Counted from the first letter of the stretch, positions 40,277 through 51,779 are shown. The stretch is 64,000 nt of DNA from an uncultured Planctomycetaceae bacterium (GCA_963833985.1 CAWIAD010000002.1:544001-608000), one strand, 5' to 3'. The notes: a model not told the origin generated them from the letters alone. Numbers and translations are program-made.

Positions 40277-42536
40277 TTACTTTGACTTCACCGTCTCCGC
40301 GTGTTCTTGCCGGTTCATACCCCGGCGGACCAGAAGGAGCGGGTCGATCGCAACCTGATCGAAGGAATCGAGGCCCCGCTTGACCTCGATGGCCGGACCG
40401 CTTGCCTCCCCGAGCACGACCTCGCGCCACTCGAACCCGCCCTCGGGCTTCTTCACGGCGACATGGTCCTTGCCCCCCGTCCGCAGCACGGCGGAGGCTG
40501 GAACGGTCAGGCTATCATCGCGCTCTGTGATCGAGATCAGGGCCTTCGCGGTCATTCCCGGGCGAATCGCTCGATCGCCCTTGTCCAACCTGATCTTGGC
40601 CGTGAAAACACTCTGGGTGGACCCCATTCGCTGCGGATCGGGAAGCGGAGAGACCTCGGTGACCGTGCCCGTGTAGCTCAGACCCGGGAACGTGTCGACC
40701 TGAACGTGGGCCTTCTGGCCCGTCCGGATGCGCGCAACCTGTGACTCGGGGACCTTGGCGTCTAGCTGGAGCGGTGCAGAGAAATCGACGATCCTGAAGA
40801 CAACCTGGCGTGGGCGGACGGTTGCGCCCTCTCGAACGGTGGGCTGAAGGGGACGGGCTGGATCATTGGCATATTGAACAACTCCGTCGACGGGAGCGAA
40901 GAGCTTGCAATCGTTGATTTGTTGTACGAGGCTGGCCTGCTTCTCGTTCTCGAGCTGGAGCGTCGCCTGCCCGGCCAGTTCGCTGGAGCGGGCCTTCTCA
41001 AGCTCGGACTTGAGCCTCCTTGACCGTTTTGGGCTTCGTGTAGTCGGTGAGCACCCTGAGCTTCGCCTGTGCAGCCTCGAGGACGAAACGCTCGCGGCTC
41101 AGGACCAGGTTCACGGCGCTGATCCGGTCCTCCAGGTCCAGCTCGGAAATGATGTCGGAAGATTGCCGGATTCCCGTACGGCCGAGCATCTCTTTCAACT
41201 TCTGCTGTGCTTTCCTCGTACGTTCCAGCCTGGATTCCGTCTGCCTGATTTCCTCCTGTGCCCCCTTGATCTCGCCCTGGATCGCTTGGCACTCCTGCGG
41301 ATAGATACCCTCCTCATATTCCTTTACAGCAATCTCGGCGACTTCACGAGTGAGCCTGGCGTTCTCGTAGGCGGTCCGAGATGACTGGGTCGCCAACCTC
41401 TGTTTGACAAGGGTGTCACGGAGCGACGCCGAGTCCAGCTCGCAGACCAGATCCCCCTTCTTCACCCTCGTGCCCTCGGGCACGATCGAGACGATGGACG
41501 CCCAGCTCTCCAGGCGGCTGAAAACATCCTTGCGCTGGGAAGACTCGAGCGTGCCCTGTTCGACCGCGACCTGAACCTGGCCAATCTTGACCCTGGCAAC
41601 AGGAATGTCACCTTCAGGACTGGCAGCCGTGACCTTGCCAACGTCCTGGGGGCGGGCCGCACCGGACACCACTCCATTTCCAGCAGCAAGCAGGCCAGCG
41701 CTCGAGGCCGTCGCGCCGGCCACCAGCACCAGCGACGCGGCTTTCCACCAACGGTTCATGGACATGGCTGTAAGAACTCCCTGGGCAAGGATGGCGGCGG
41801 AGCCTTCGAGGACGGTTCGAGCTGCGGCAAACCGGACCGCAGAGCGGACCGTGGATTGCACGAGGCCGGCCGGAAGCAGAGACTCCATGCTGGCTGACCG
41901 CAAGAAAGGAACCACGCTGGCGCCGGGAGCCATCCCGCGACGGATTAGCCGATCCCGCAGCCGCTCGCGCGCTCGCGTCAGCCGGCTCTTGACAGTTCCG
42001 ACTGGCCAGCCCAGGTGCCCCGCCGCCTGCTCGTGAGTGCGGCCTTCCAGGTCACAGAGGATGACCGACATCCGGAACCGATCCGGCAGCCGGTCGATTT
42101 CTTCGTGGAGCACGTGCGCCAGGTCGTCGTGGCGATCGCCATCGCGAGAGTCAACCGAAATTGCAATCAAACGCTCGTGCTTGTGCCGCCGGGCGCGGGC
42201 CGAGCGCGCGGCCGAGGCCGTGCGCAGGGCCACCTGATGGAGCCAGGGGCCCAATGAATCGGTCACCCAGAGCGAGCGGGCCTTCTTCACCAGCACCAGG
42301 AAGGTTCCCTGGAAGGCGTCTTCAACATCGCTATGGTTGCCGAGCACGCTCGTGCAAACCCTCAGGACCATCGGTCCATGGCGCTCGACCAGACTGGCGA
42401 ACGCCTGCTCGGCATGGTCCCCGGACCGGGTGCAGAACCGCTCCAGGAGCTGCCCGTCGGTGAGCTCCGCCGCCGTTCCCAGCTCCAGCAATGTGCCGAG
42501 CTGGCGCAAGACGCATTCATTCTGTCCCGTCGCCAC
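40277..42536 (-). CDS. ECF sigma factor fused to a TM helix and HlyD/RND periplasmic adaptor domain (several frameshifts between about 40660 and 41015)
   Basis: LTDGQLLERF, RHGPMVLRVC, EDAFQGTFLVL, LGWPVGTVKSRL; then IVPEGTRVKKGDLVCELD, FAPVDG, IRPGMTA, LTVPASAV. Confidence 0.8.
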
Positions 42537-42636
42537 AGCTTGATCTCCCGGCCGGCCGTATCGGAAATCCACGTGTAATGTCGCGGCGCGGCGAGATGGT
42601 TCCAGGTTTTCCGGGAAAAAAATGTCGTCAGCCGCA

Positions 42637-45318
42637 TCACGGCCGCACGCGGAGTTCCGCCACCTGCGCCGACCAGGCCGGCAGCACGACTTCAACCATG
42701 AGCTCGCCGTTCCTGACGGCGGCCCAGGGCTCCGTACAAGCATGTGGCCGGGCGGGATCGAGGCCGATCTCACGGAGAGCGATGCGCCCGCTGACCTTGC
42801 GGCTCACGTCGCTGAGATTGAACACGTTCACCGCCAGCGCCTGCTCGCCAGGCATGACATGCAGATGGATCTCCTCGCTGATCCCGAAGAACTCACCCCT
42901 CTTGTAGAACCGCTCCAGCTCGCGATAGCGGCGCATGGCGGCCTGCTGGGCGCGTACGACCTCGGGCCGGGCATGCGTTCCGCCGATTCCCAGGTGACGG
43001 CAGGTGGAGGCGTACCACCAGAGCACAACGCAATGCTCGTTGTCTTTCCTGAGATCAATGTGCAGGTAGACCGGCACGTTGCAGCCAAGGTTGTAGTCGT
43101 ACAGGGCTCGCGCGCGGCCGCTTTTCAGGTCGGCCATCGGGTCCCACATCAGCTCAAAACCCCAGTTCTCGTCGTAGCTGCCGGACAGGCCGTACTTGTA
43201 ATAAACCGGGGTCATCCGCTCGGTGCTGCCGCCCGCGAGCATGTCGTGCATCTCGATGAGCACGTTCGGGTAGCGGGCATGAACGCGCCGGGCCAGGTCG
43301 ACACAGGCGCGGATGTGGTCTTCCATGCGGTAAGGGATCGGATGACCGTGGGCCGAATCGGTGCACGGTCCGTTCCACCAGGTGCCGTCAAACATCAGGA
43401 ACGCCGCGCCTTGGGCACAACGCGCCAGCAAGCGTCTCTCCGCCTCGGCCAGGAACTGCCGCGAGCCCATGCAGATCAAGGGCCCGGCGTCGGGCACCGT
43501 GGGCGGCCTCGGCCCGCGCCGGACGCCGCGATCATAGGCCGAAGCCTGGTCGGCCGGAACGGGCTTTGCCTCGTACACCTCGATCTCGTCGAATCGCACC
43601 GTGCCCTGGTTGCTGTCCGCAATCTCGACTCGGATCCATCGCGCGGGGATGGGATCAAATCGAAACTCACGGGTTGCTTCCAGCGGCTGGTCCGGATGGT
43701 CCACAACCGTCTTCCAGCCGTTGCGGTCGGGATGATGCTCGACGGCCGTCATGATTCGCAGACGCGTCGCGGCTCGATCGGCAAAGATTCCCTCCTGATC
43801 GTTGCTCAGGCCGATGCGCCCGATCGGGTAGACGGCACCCAGGTCAATCTCGACCCAGGCCGGCATTGTCGCGGCGACCCAGCTCCGCTCGTTGCCATAC
43901 CAGCCGTCGTTCAGATGGGCAACCTGATGAATGGCGAAGCCCGGCAAAGTGGACGAAGCCGTGGCTTTTGCCCCCGGCAAGAGCGCCAGGTTCCGGCATC
44001 CCTCACGAACGGCTGGCACCATCCGGGCGGAACCATCGCCCTCGGCCTCTTTGGGTGGTCGGCGGCGGCACGAAGCGGGCCAGTCCTCGGGTCGGAAGGG
44101 GCCCATGGACATTCCGTCCGAAGACGCCCACGGCGGCATGGGACAATGGAGAGCGAGCTTCAGGTCGTATGTCTCATGGATCAACCTGGTGAACGTTTCC
44201 TGAGGACCCAGCCAGTCCGCGCCCCAGACGAACGATCCGAACGAAGTGTCCCAGCCAGGATCAAGGTAGAGGGCCTCGCATCCGTACGCACGTCCTTTGA
44301 CGGCCTCTTTTTCGAGTGCCTCCCGGGTGTAGCGATGCGGGCGATCGTCCCAGGCTCCTTCCATATCGTAAAGCTGTTCCCAGTGGACGGGCGGGTTGTA
44401 ATCGGCCGGGAACCGGCATCCCTTCTCGTCGAGCAATGCGCGGAAGGCGTAGGCCGCGGGGACAAACCCTCCAGGAACCGACTGGTAGCGCGTGATGCCG
44501 AGGTCGACGACTTGCCCGGGCGCGACCCGCGCCAGCGCGGCCGGCTCGCCCGAGACCATAGCCGCTCCGCCGAAGTGCAGCAGGAAGCCCTCCGGCCCCT
44601 TCTCCAGGGCAAGGACGCTGGAGCGCATCACCTCCTGGCTGAAGGAAAAGATGCCCAGCGTGGACCCGCCATGGGTCCAGGCCCAGCCCTCGGAGGCGCG
44701 ATGCGATGCGGGAATAAGCTTCTTCCGGCGCCAGCTCTCGGCCGGCCGGTACTCCTGGCCGGGCTCGACGATCAGCTCGCTCAGGCTGAAGTCGAGCAAG
44801 CGAGCAGAGTCGGCCCGGTGTCGCAGTGGCACAGCCGCCCAGCGATCGCCGGCGAACTCGGGAAGCACATGACCGGAGCGATCCGTGATCCGCCGCTGGA
44901 GTCCGGCCTGGAACGTGACGAGGTTGATCGTTGAGTCCGTGCCGTTGCGCAGCCGGATCCGCTCCTCCATGATCGGCCGGTTCCCGGGCAGCGTGAAGGT
45001 ATGCTCGACTTCGAGCCCGGCAAGCTGGCCCTGGATCGTGAGACGATTGCTCTCGATGGCGAGCCTCGCAGCGCGCAATCCGCGCTCCTCCAGGGGATCG
45101 TTCGTGCGCTGTGCACGGTAGAGGTAAGGCCCTTCGGCCACGCGGAACGGTAGAGCCCGGTCATCGAGCGTAACCTGGACGGCGCCGCCTTCCACGACCG
45201 TTGCGGCCAGTCGATATGCACCGTTCTCCACACCACGGTCCGGGTTGCCAGGCGCCTGAGGCGCCAGCATCATGACGGCGGTGGCAACAAGGAAAGCCCT
45301 GTCGTGTATGGCGGCCAT
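42637..45318 (-). CDS. Putative glycoside hydrolase (GH36/clan D-like) with an inserted discoidin/F5-8 type C domain
   Basis: LYLDPGWD, FLMFDG, YPNVLIEMHD; insert NLAL...ATASS...HLNDG...WVEIDLG...ARWIRV...EIEVY. Confidence 0.6.
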   Translation of the reverse strand: MAAIHDRAFLVATAVMMLAPQAPGNPDRGVENGAYRLAATVVEGGAVQVTLDDRALPFRVAEGPYLYRAQRTNDPLEERGLRAARLAIESNRLTIQGQLAGLEVEHTFTLPGNRPIMEERIRLRNGTDSTINLVTFQAGLQRRITDRSGHVLPEFAGDRWAAVPLRHRADSARLLDFSLSELIVEPGQEYRPAESWRRKKLIPASHRASEGWAWTHGGSTLGIFSFSQEVMRSSVLALEKGPEGFLLHFGGAAMVSGEPAALARVAPGQVVDLGITRYQSVPGGFVPAAYAFRALLDEKGCRFPADYNPPVHWEQLYDMEGAWDDRPHRYTREALEKEAVKGRAYGCEALYLDPGWDTSFGSFVWGADWLGPQETFTRLIHETYDLKLALHCPMPPWASSDGMSMGPFRPEDWPASCRRRPPKEAEGDGSARMVPAVREGCRNLALLPGAKATASSTLPGFAIHQVAHLNDGWYGNERSWVAATMPAWVEIDLGAVYPIGRIGLSNDQEGIFADRAATRLRIMTAVEHHPDRNGWKTVVDHPDQPLEATREFRFDPIPARWIRVEIADSNQGTVRFDEIEVYEAKPVPADQASAYDRGVRRGPRPPTVPDAGPLICMGSRQFLAEAERRLLARCAQGAAFLMFDGTWWNGPCTDSAHGHPIPYRMEDHIRACVDLARRVHARYPNVLIEMHDMLAGGSTERMTPVYYKYGLSGSYDENWGFELMWDPMADLKSGRARALYDYNLGCNVPVYLHIDLRKDNEHCVVLWWYASTCRHLGIGGTHARPEVVRAQQAAMRRYRELERFYKRGEFFGISEEIHLHVMPGEQALAVNVFNLSDVSRKVSGRIALREIGLDPARPHACTEPWAAVRNGELMVEVVLPAWSAQVAELRVRP

Positions 45319-45355
45319 CGGTCTGTCTTCTCCTTCCGCGCCGATATCGAGGCTC

Positions 45356-46648
45356 TCAGGCTCCGTCGGGCCCAAACAGGGTCGCTTCCCCGCGGACGAC
45401 CTGCTCGGTGACGGTATAAGTCTGGCCGGGCGAACGCTCGGGCAGGTCGTACATGATCTCGAGCATCAGGCCTTCCATGATCGACCGCAGCGCCCGTGCC
45501 CCGGTGCCGCGGGCCTTGGCTCTCCGCGCGATCTCGCGGATGGCGCCATCGTTGAACTTCAGCTTCGCACCGTCGTAGTGGAAGAGTACCTCGTATTGCC
45601 GGGTGAGGGCGTCCTTGGGCGTGGTAAGGATTTTCGCCAGGTCGTCCTCGGAAAGCTGGTTGAGCGTGGCGATGATGGGGAGCCGGCCGATGAGCTCGGG
45701 GATCATGCCGTACCGTTCCAGGTCCTCGGGAGTGACCTGGGCGACCAGCTCGTTGCGTTCCAGCTCGCGATCGTGGGCGCGCTCGTCGCCGCGGCCGAAG
45801 CCGATCATCTTGCGGCCCAGCCGCTTGCCGATGATCTCCTCGAGCCCGACGAACGTTCCGCCGCAGACGAAGAGGATGTCCGTGGTGTTCACCTGAAGAT
45901 ACTGCTGCTCGGGATGCTTGCGGCCCCCCTGGGGCGGGACGTTGGCGATGGTTCCTTCGAGCAGTTTCAGCAGGGCCTGCTGCACGCCCTCGCCCGACAC
46001 GTCGCGGGTGATCGATACGTTCTGGCTGGTCTTGCCAATCTTGTCGATTTCATCGATGTAGATGATTCCCTTCTCGGCGGCCGCGATGTTGTAATCGGCC
46101 GCCATCACCAGCTTGAGGATCAGGTTCTCGACGTCCTCGCCCACGTATCCAGCCTCGGTGAGCGTGGTGGCATCGCCGATGGCAAACGGCACGTGCAAGC
46201 GCCGGGCCAGCGTCTGGGCGAGCGCGGTCTTGCCGCAGCCGGTCGGGCCGATCAGGAGCACATTACTCTTGGAGACCTCGACGTCCTCGAACTCCGGCTC
46301 GGTGACCTCACCTCCCAGTACGCGCTTGTAGTGGTTCACGACCGCGACGGCCAGGGTCTTCTTCACCCGCTCTTGGCCGATGATGTACTGGTCGAGGTGG
46401 CTGACCAGCTCGCGGGGCGTCGGTAGCTTTTCGAGTTTCGCATTCTTGCGCTCATGCTGCTCGAAGACGCTATCGCACATGTCCACACATTGGGCACAGA
46501 TGTGCGTGATCGGGCGGCCGGCAGACATCGGAAGAAGGGCCCGGCCCTCGATCATGGGTCCAGCGTCGGCGGTCGTCCGCCCGCAGAAATCGCAGAGCAC
46601 CAGGGCCTGCGCCGGGGACGAGCTCTCCTGGGTCGTCACGGTTCTCAC
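45356..46648 (-). CDS. clpX: ATP-dependent Clp protease ATP-binding subunit
   Basis: CDFCG...ICAQC zinc finger, [55 protein letters not shown] loop, GARALR. Confidence 0.96.
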   Translation of the reverse strand: MRTVTTQESSSPAQALVLCDFCGRTTADAGPMIEGRALLPMSAGRPITHICAQCVDMCDSVFEQHERKNAKLEKLPTPRELVSHLDQYIIGQERVKKTLAVAVVNHYKRVLGGEVTEPEFEDVEVSKSNVLLIGPTGCGKTALAQTLARRLHVPFAIGDATTLTEAGYVGEDVENLILKLVMAADYNIAAAEKGIIYIDEIDKIGKTSQNVSITRDVSGEGVQQALLKLLEGTIANVPPQGGRKHPEQQYLQVNTTDILFVCGGTFVGLEEIIGKRLGRKMIGFGRGDERAHDRELERNELVAQVTPEDLERYGMIPELIGRLPIIATLNQLSEDDLAKILTTPKDALTRQYEVLFHYDGAKLKFNDGAIREIARRAKARGTGARALRSIMEGLMLEIMYDLPERSPGQTYTVTEQVVRGEATLFGPDGA

Positions 46649-46909
46649 TCCACACCGAAGTCACAAGTGGAAAGCAGCTATCGTCCCAGATTGCCAGGGG
46701 TTACGCCAGCGAGAGGCGCGCGGCCGCGGCAATCTGCTCATCCATCGCCTTCTTGACCTGAGCCCCGGCGCGCTCGAAGATGGCATGCATCAGGAACACC
46801 CATGGCCCTGGATCCCGGCGCGACGCCTGAGCCGGGTTCAGAGCGGCCTGCCTGAATCACTCCTTGGTTTTCCATCCTGCTCCACCCCTCCCACCAGAGA
46901 GGAACTCGG

Positions 46910-47870
46910 ATGAACCGTCGCGAGTGGCTGCGCGGCTCTGCCGCGACCGTAGCTGCGTCGACGTTCGCCCTCTCCAGCGCCGGGCTCCACGCCTCCGAAG
47001 ATCCGGACCTTCGCGCAAAGGCCCGGAAGAACTTCAAGCTGGGCATCATGTCGTCGGTCTATGCCGATCTGCCAGTCGAAGTCGCGGCGCGGCAGATCCG
47101 GGCCGACGGCTTCGGCTGCGTGGTGTGCGACTTCGCCTTCGCCGACATCCATTTCAATCCGCTGGAGCCGGACTGGTCCGCGGCGCGGAAGGCCGTCACC
47201 GCGCTGGAGCGCGCCGGGATCGAGCTCGTCAGCCTCTTTGGATATTACAACGTCGTCGATCCCGACGTGAACCGGCGCAAGCTCGGCGCGGCGCGGATCG
47301 AGGCCCTGCTTGCCGCCGGCGACCAGCTCGGCTGCCGCGTGGTCTCGACCGAGACGGGCACGTTCAACTCGCACTCGGAATGGGAAAGCGCACCGGAGAA
47401 CCAGACCGAGCAGGGCTATCTCCAGTGCAGGGCCGTCCTCGAAGCGCACGCTGCGCCTGGCCGAGAAGCATGGTGCGGTGCTGGCCATTGAAGGGTATTA
47501 CCGAAACATCATCGGCACGATCGACCGCGCCGAGCGCCTTTTCCGCGAGATCTCCTCTCCCGCGCTCAAGCTGGTGATGGACCCGTGCAACTACTTCCGC
47601 AGGGACAACCTGTCCCTGATGAAACCGATGCTCGACGCGATGTTCCAGAAGCTGGGTAGCCAGATCGTGATCGCCCACGCCAAGGACGTGCGGCCGACGG
47701 CTGATTCTGAGGATCTGCCCGCGGCTGGCCTGGGCGTGCTCGACTATCCGCTTTTCCTGCGCCTGCTGGCAGGGCTCGACCGTCCCATCCCACTTGTCGT
47801 CGAGCACCTCCGGCGGCCGGACGTGGCACGAGCGAAGGGCTTTGTCCTGGGGCAAATGGATCAGATCTGA
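46910..47870 (+). CDS. Sugar phosphate isomerase/epimerase (xylose isomerase-like TIM barrel), Tat signal, frameshift near 47440
   Basis: MNRREWL; LAIE, MDPCN, HAKD, G.G.LDY, VVEH. Confidence 0.8.
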
Positions 47871-47883
47871 GAATTCTCCACGA

Positions 47884-49326
47884 TCAAAAGGACAGAAGGA
47901 TCTGCCAGATGTACATGCTGGCCAGGCCGTCGATCTCCTCCCAGACGCGCTGGATGAGCTCGCCATCGCCGGAGATGGAGGGGATCTGCACGCGCTTTTC
48001 TTCCCAGGGCGTCACCACGCCGGGGTGCCTGGTCCCCGGTTTGCGTAGTGCGTGATGGCAGGCCGGGGGCGTGGTCGCGGCCGGTGCGAGCGCGTGCTCG
48101 GCTGCCGTGGAGTAGACTCCATGGTCGCGCGTGTAATCGGTCATCGCCCTGACGTTCTCGACTCTGGCGTCGTTCTGAAGGATCGCGCTCGAATCCATGA
48201 TGTAGCCGCCGTCACGAGCGGCGATGTCGATGACTTCCTTGCAACGCCGGCGGACCTCGTCCGGCGTGCCGTGGGCCAGGATGACGTTCGAGATGCCTCC
48301 GCTCAGGCAGAACTTCTCGCCCAGGACATTGTGCGTCCGGGCGATGTCACCCTGATCCACGTGATAGACGATGCTCCGCTCGGGCAGCTCGGCAAACGAC
48401 TCCAGGTGCCGGTCCCATTTCCCCTCGGCGTAGAAGAGCGTCTGGATCCCATCGGCCCAGAGCTCCTCGATGATCGGCTTGACCGTTGGCCAGTAGACGT
48501 TCTTGAAGACTTCGGGTGAGACGAACGGGACTCCGCCACGATGCATCCAGTAGCCGACGGGGACCTGCCGCAAGGGGTCGGCCGTGCTCCGGGCCACATA
48601 TAAAAGGTGAGGCAGCAGCGCCTCGCAGGCCGCGACCACCTTGTCCCGGCGTTCGTGCAGGTCGTCCACCAGGCCCAGGTAACCGCGCAGCTTGTCGGCG
48701 ATGATGTCCATCGGCGCCTTGAGGATTCCCGAGATCGCCGACACCGTGCCGGACTCGGCGCGGAGGCGGGCATTCTGGGTGCCGAAGGCGCCGAAGTACT
48801 CCATCATCGCCATCCCACCCTTGAGGAACGAGAGGTTGTGTGCGCGCGTGACCGGCTCACCCGGTTTGCACACCTCGGTCGAGACGCGCGGCAGCCAGAC
48901 GTCGAGCAGGAAGGCCGTGGGATCGTCGATCAACTGATCGTATTCCTCGGGCTTCATGAACGCGTCATGCTGCGGCGGTTCACGGTACTGGAAGCCCATG
49001 TCCAGCGAGACGTCGATGCCGGGAATGCCGTAATACCGCAGGCCGATCGCCTGGGTCAGCCCGGTCCAGACGTAGACCATGTTCGAGACCACGGCGTCCC
49101 AGTCGAAATCCGCCGCGCACTCGCGCGCGGCAGCGAAGGCCTTCCTGTAATCGTGTGCCAGCTCCTGGCAGGTGTAGCCGGCATGCACGCCGGTGAACTC
49201 GGCCACGAAGGGCCGGATGGGCACCATGTCGGGCTTGCCGTTGCGCAGAGCGGTCACGTAGCGGTTCAAGCGGGACTGGTAGCGTGCCTCCATCGCGGAG
49301 GCTGGATGGCGATCATCGCTTGACAT
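47884..49326 (-). CDS. Uroporphyrinogen decarboxylase (URO-D/MtaA) family protein
   Basis: PDMVP, F...YWPTVK, FYAEG, CLSGGI, GTPDEVR...ID..ARDGGYIM, ENVRAM. Confidence 0.8.
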   Translation of the reverse strand: MSSDDRHPASAMEARYQSRLNRYVTALRNGKPDMVPIRPFVAEFTGVHAGYTCQELAHDYRKAFAAARECAADFDWDAVVSNMVYVWTGLTQAIGLRYYGIPGIDVSLDMGFQYREPPQHDAFMKPEEYDQLIDDPTAFLLDVWLPRVSTEVCKPGEPVTRAHNLSFLKGGMAMMEYFGAFGTQNARLRAESGTVSAISGILKAPMDIIADKLRGYLGLVDDLHERRDKVVAACEALLPHLLYVARSTADPLRQVPVGYWMHRGGVPFVSPEVFKNVYWPTVKPIIEELWADGIQTLFYAEGKWDRHLESFAELPERSIVYHVDQGDIARTHNVLGEKFCLSGGISNVILAHGTPDEVRRRCKEVIDIAARDGGYIMDSSAILQNDARVENVRAMTDYTRDHGVYSTAAEHALAPAATTPPACHHALRKPGTRHPGVVTPWEEKRVQIPSISGDGELIQRVWEEIDGLASMYIWQILLSF

Positions 49327-49336
49327 GAAAGATCCT

Positions 49337-50203
49337 TCACGCGAAGAGCTCGCGCACGTAGTCGGCATTCCGCTTCACATCGGCCGCGGCGTTGCCCGTG
49401 GGGTTCGACGTCTCGAGCACGATCCAGCCGCGATAGCCAATCTCCTTGATGGCCGCGGCAATGGGTGGGTAATGGAGCTTGCCTGTTTCCAGAAAATCTG
49501 GACCATTCTTGAAGTGAAACTGCACGATCCGGTCCTTCAGCAAGCGGATCTCCGCGGGGACATCATAGCCTTTGGTGCCGCCGGTGTTGAAGCAGTCGTA
49601 GTAGATCTTCACGGAGTCGTGGCCGATGCGGTCGAGGATCCGGGCGTTCTGCTCGGCATTGACGTAGTTCTCGATCCCCAGGATGACGCCGGCGTCCCTG
49701 GCCCGAGGTGCGGCAGCTTTGAGACGGGCGACGACCGGATCAACGTCGCCTGGCTTGAGACGGCCGTCCGGGCCGAGCAGGTCGCCGTTGAAGAAGAAAC
49801 CCATGAGGATCACCTTCGCCCCCAGGTCCTGCGCAGCCTCGATGCTCTGCTCGAGCCAGCCTGGCGCACGCGGGTCGGTGGCCAGCGGGCAGTCGTTGAG
49901 CAGGGCCATCATCAGCGAGCTGATGGGCAACCCGGTCTTCTGCATTTGCTCCTTGTAGCGGCGCCGGACATCGGGCCGGCTGATCTCGAGCCGATCCGCC
50001 GGTCCGCCAACGCGCACTTCCACTCCCTCGAGTCCACTCCGCAGCCCGTCCTCCAGCCCGACCGTGCAGCCGCCGATCCTGATGCCGGGGGTGCCCTCGC
50101 GTGCCTTTGCCGAGGCCCTGGGCGTCCAGGTTGAGGTTGAAAGTGTGGCCGCTGTCATCGCGCCCACCGTGCCGCACAGGAATTTGCGTCGTGTGCCGCT
50201 CAT
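49337..50203 (-). CDS. Sugar phosphate isomerase/epimerase (TIM barrel), Tat signal
   Basis: TRRKFL; ILGIEN, YYD..N, FHFKN, IGYRGWIVLET. Confidence 0.85.
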   Translation of the reverse strand: MSGTRRKFLCGTVGAMTAATLSTSTWTPRASAKAREGTPGIRIGGCTVGLEDGLRSGLEGVEVRVGGPADRLEISRPDVRRRYKEQMQKTGLPISSLMMALLNDCPLATDPRAPGWLEQSIEAAQDLGAKVILMGFFFNGDLLGPDGRLKPGDVDPVVARLKAAAPRARDAGVILGIENYVNAEQNARILDRIGHDSVKIYYDCFNTGGTKGYDVPAEIRLLKDRIVQFHFKNGPDFLETGKLHYPPIAAAIKEIGYRGWIVLETSNPTGNAAADVKRNADYVRELFA

Positions 50204-50429
50204 AATTTCCTCCGAGCCAGCCGTTCGTTGTCACACCTCCTCATTCGACCCCACCCCGCCGGGCCAATCAAGCGGTTGCCCCTGCCGGCCGCGCTTGCCT
50301 CTGCACCGCTCGCTCGGGAGGCCATTCGTCTTCTCACTGTTTTTCCGTTGCGTTTACCAGCGCCTCGTTTATCGTGGTCCTATGCCGGTGCCATAACATC
50401 ACATCGGGATCCACCAGAGAGGCTTTCTG

Positions 50430-51779
50430 ATGCCCTCGGACATCGCGGACAGCTCAAGCCTGGAACGGCTGCTGGAATCGATCCGTGCCGACGATGTGGG
50501 CCTTGCCCGCATGCTGCTCGAACACGATCCTGCCCTCAAGGCGCAGCTCAACGAGCCGATCGGGCCCTTCGATTCACCGGCACTGAGCAGCGCGCGGAGC
50601 CGCGACATGGTGGACCTGCTGCTGGCTGCCGGCGCGGACATCGACGGCAAGAGCCGGTGGTGGGCAGGCGGTTTCGGCTTCCTGCACACGGCCGATCTGG
50701 CACTTGCCGAGTACGCCGTCGAGCGCGGGGCCGCCGTGGACGTTCATGCCGCGGCGCGACTCGGCCTGCTGGATCGGCTCGAAGAATTGCTCTCGGACGA
50801 TCCGGCAGCCGTGCATGCGCGTGGCGGCGATGGTCAGACCCCGCTCCACTTCGCCCGCTCGGTTGAGATCGCGGCCTACTTGCTTGATCGGGGCGCGGAC
50901 ATCGACGCGCGCGATATCGACCACGAATCCACGCCGGCGCAGTGGATGGTCGGCGAGCGCCAGGATGTCGCCCGATACCTGGTGGAGCGTGGCTGCGCGA
51001 CGGACATCCTGCTGGTAGCGGCTCTCGGTGATCTCGATCGCGTGCGTCAGCATCTGGATGCCGCCCCGGAGTGCATTCGCACGAATGTCAGCGCGGAGTT
51101 CTTCCCGATGGCCAATCCCAGAGCCGGAGGAAAGATTTACCAGTGGACGCTGGGTTATCGTGCGACACCCTACCAGGTGGCCGCGAAATTCGGTCATACC
51201 GACGTGCTCGAGCTGCTCATGGACCGCAGTCCGCCCGAGGCGAGGCTGATCGCAACCTGCTGGCTGCACGACGGCACGGCTGTGTCGGCTCTGATCGCAG
51301 AGCACGCCGATCTGGCTGGCCAGACCGCGGCTGCGGATCGCGACGAACTGGCGCACGCCGCGCGGAACAATGACACTCAGGCTGCGCTCTTGATGCTCCA
51401 GGCCGGATTGCCGATTAACGGGCGCGGCCAGCACCGCGCAACCGCCCTGCACTGGGCGGCCTGGCACGGCAATCTCGAGCTCGTCCGGGCGCTGCTGCGT
51501 GAGCACGCCCCGCTCGAGAACGCCGATAACGACTTCCATTCGACGCCCCTCGGTTGGGCCATCCACGGCTCGGAGCACGGCTGGCATCGGCAATCGGGAG
51601 ATTATCCTGCCGTCGTGTCCGCCCTCCTGGAGGCCGGGGCAGAGCGACCGACGACGCCCGCCGCGAACAAGACGATCGATTCCCTCCTGGCTCGCCATGA
51701 CAAGCGGGGCAAGGGAATCGAAAGGGGCTCAATCACGGCAGGTCAGGCAGAGCATCAAGATCAGGCACCAGACGCATAG
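50430..51779 (+). CDS. Ankyrin repeat protein
   Basis: GQTPLHFA, LLDRGADIDARD, TALHWAAWHG, TPLGWA. Confidence 0.88.
   Translation: MPSDIADSSSLERLLESIRADDVGLARMLLEHDPALKAQLNEPIGPFDSPALSSARSRDMVDLLLAAGADIDGKSRWWAGGFGFLHTADLALAEYAVERGAAVDVHAAARLGLLDRLEELLSDDPAAVHARGGDGQTPLHFARSVEIAAYLLDRGADIDARDIDHESTPAQWMVGERQDVARYLVERGCATDILLVAALGDLDRVRQHLDAAPECIRTNVSAEFFPMANPRAGGKIYQWTLGYRATPYQVAAKFGHTDVLELLMDRSPPEARLIATCWLHDGTAVSALIAEHADLAGQTAAADRDELAHAARNNDTQAALLMLQAGLPINGRGQHRATALHWAAWHGNLELVRALLREHAPLENADNDFHSTPLGWAIHGSEHGWHRQSGDYPAVVSALLEAGAERPTTPAANKTIDSLLARHDKRGKGIERGSITAGQAEHQDQAPDA

Noticed and set aside
42622..44934. Long antisense ORFs (770 aa here; also 12135-14549, 36537-38738, 2580-4220, 58595-60235)
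   Set aside because: Shadow frames opposite well-supported genes, expected in high-GC DNA.
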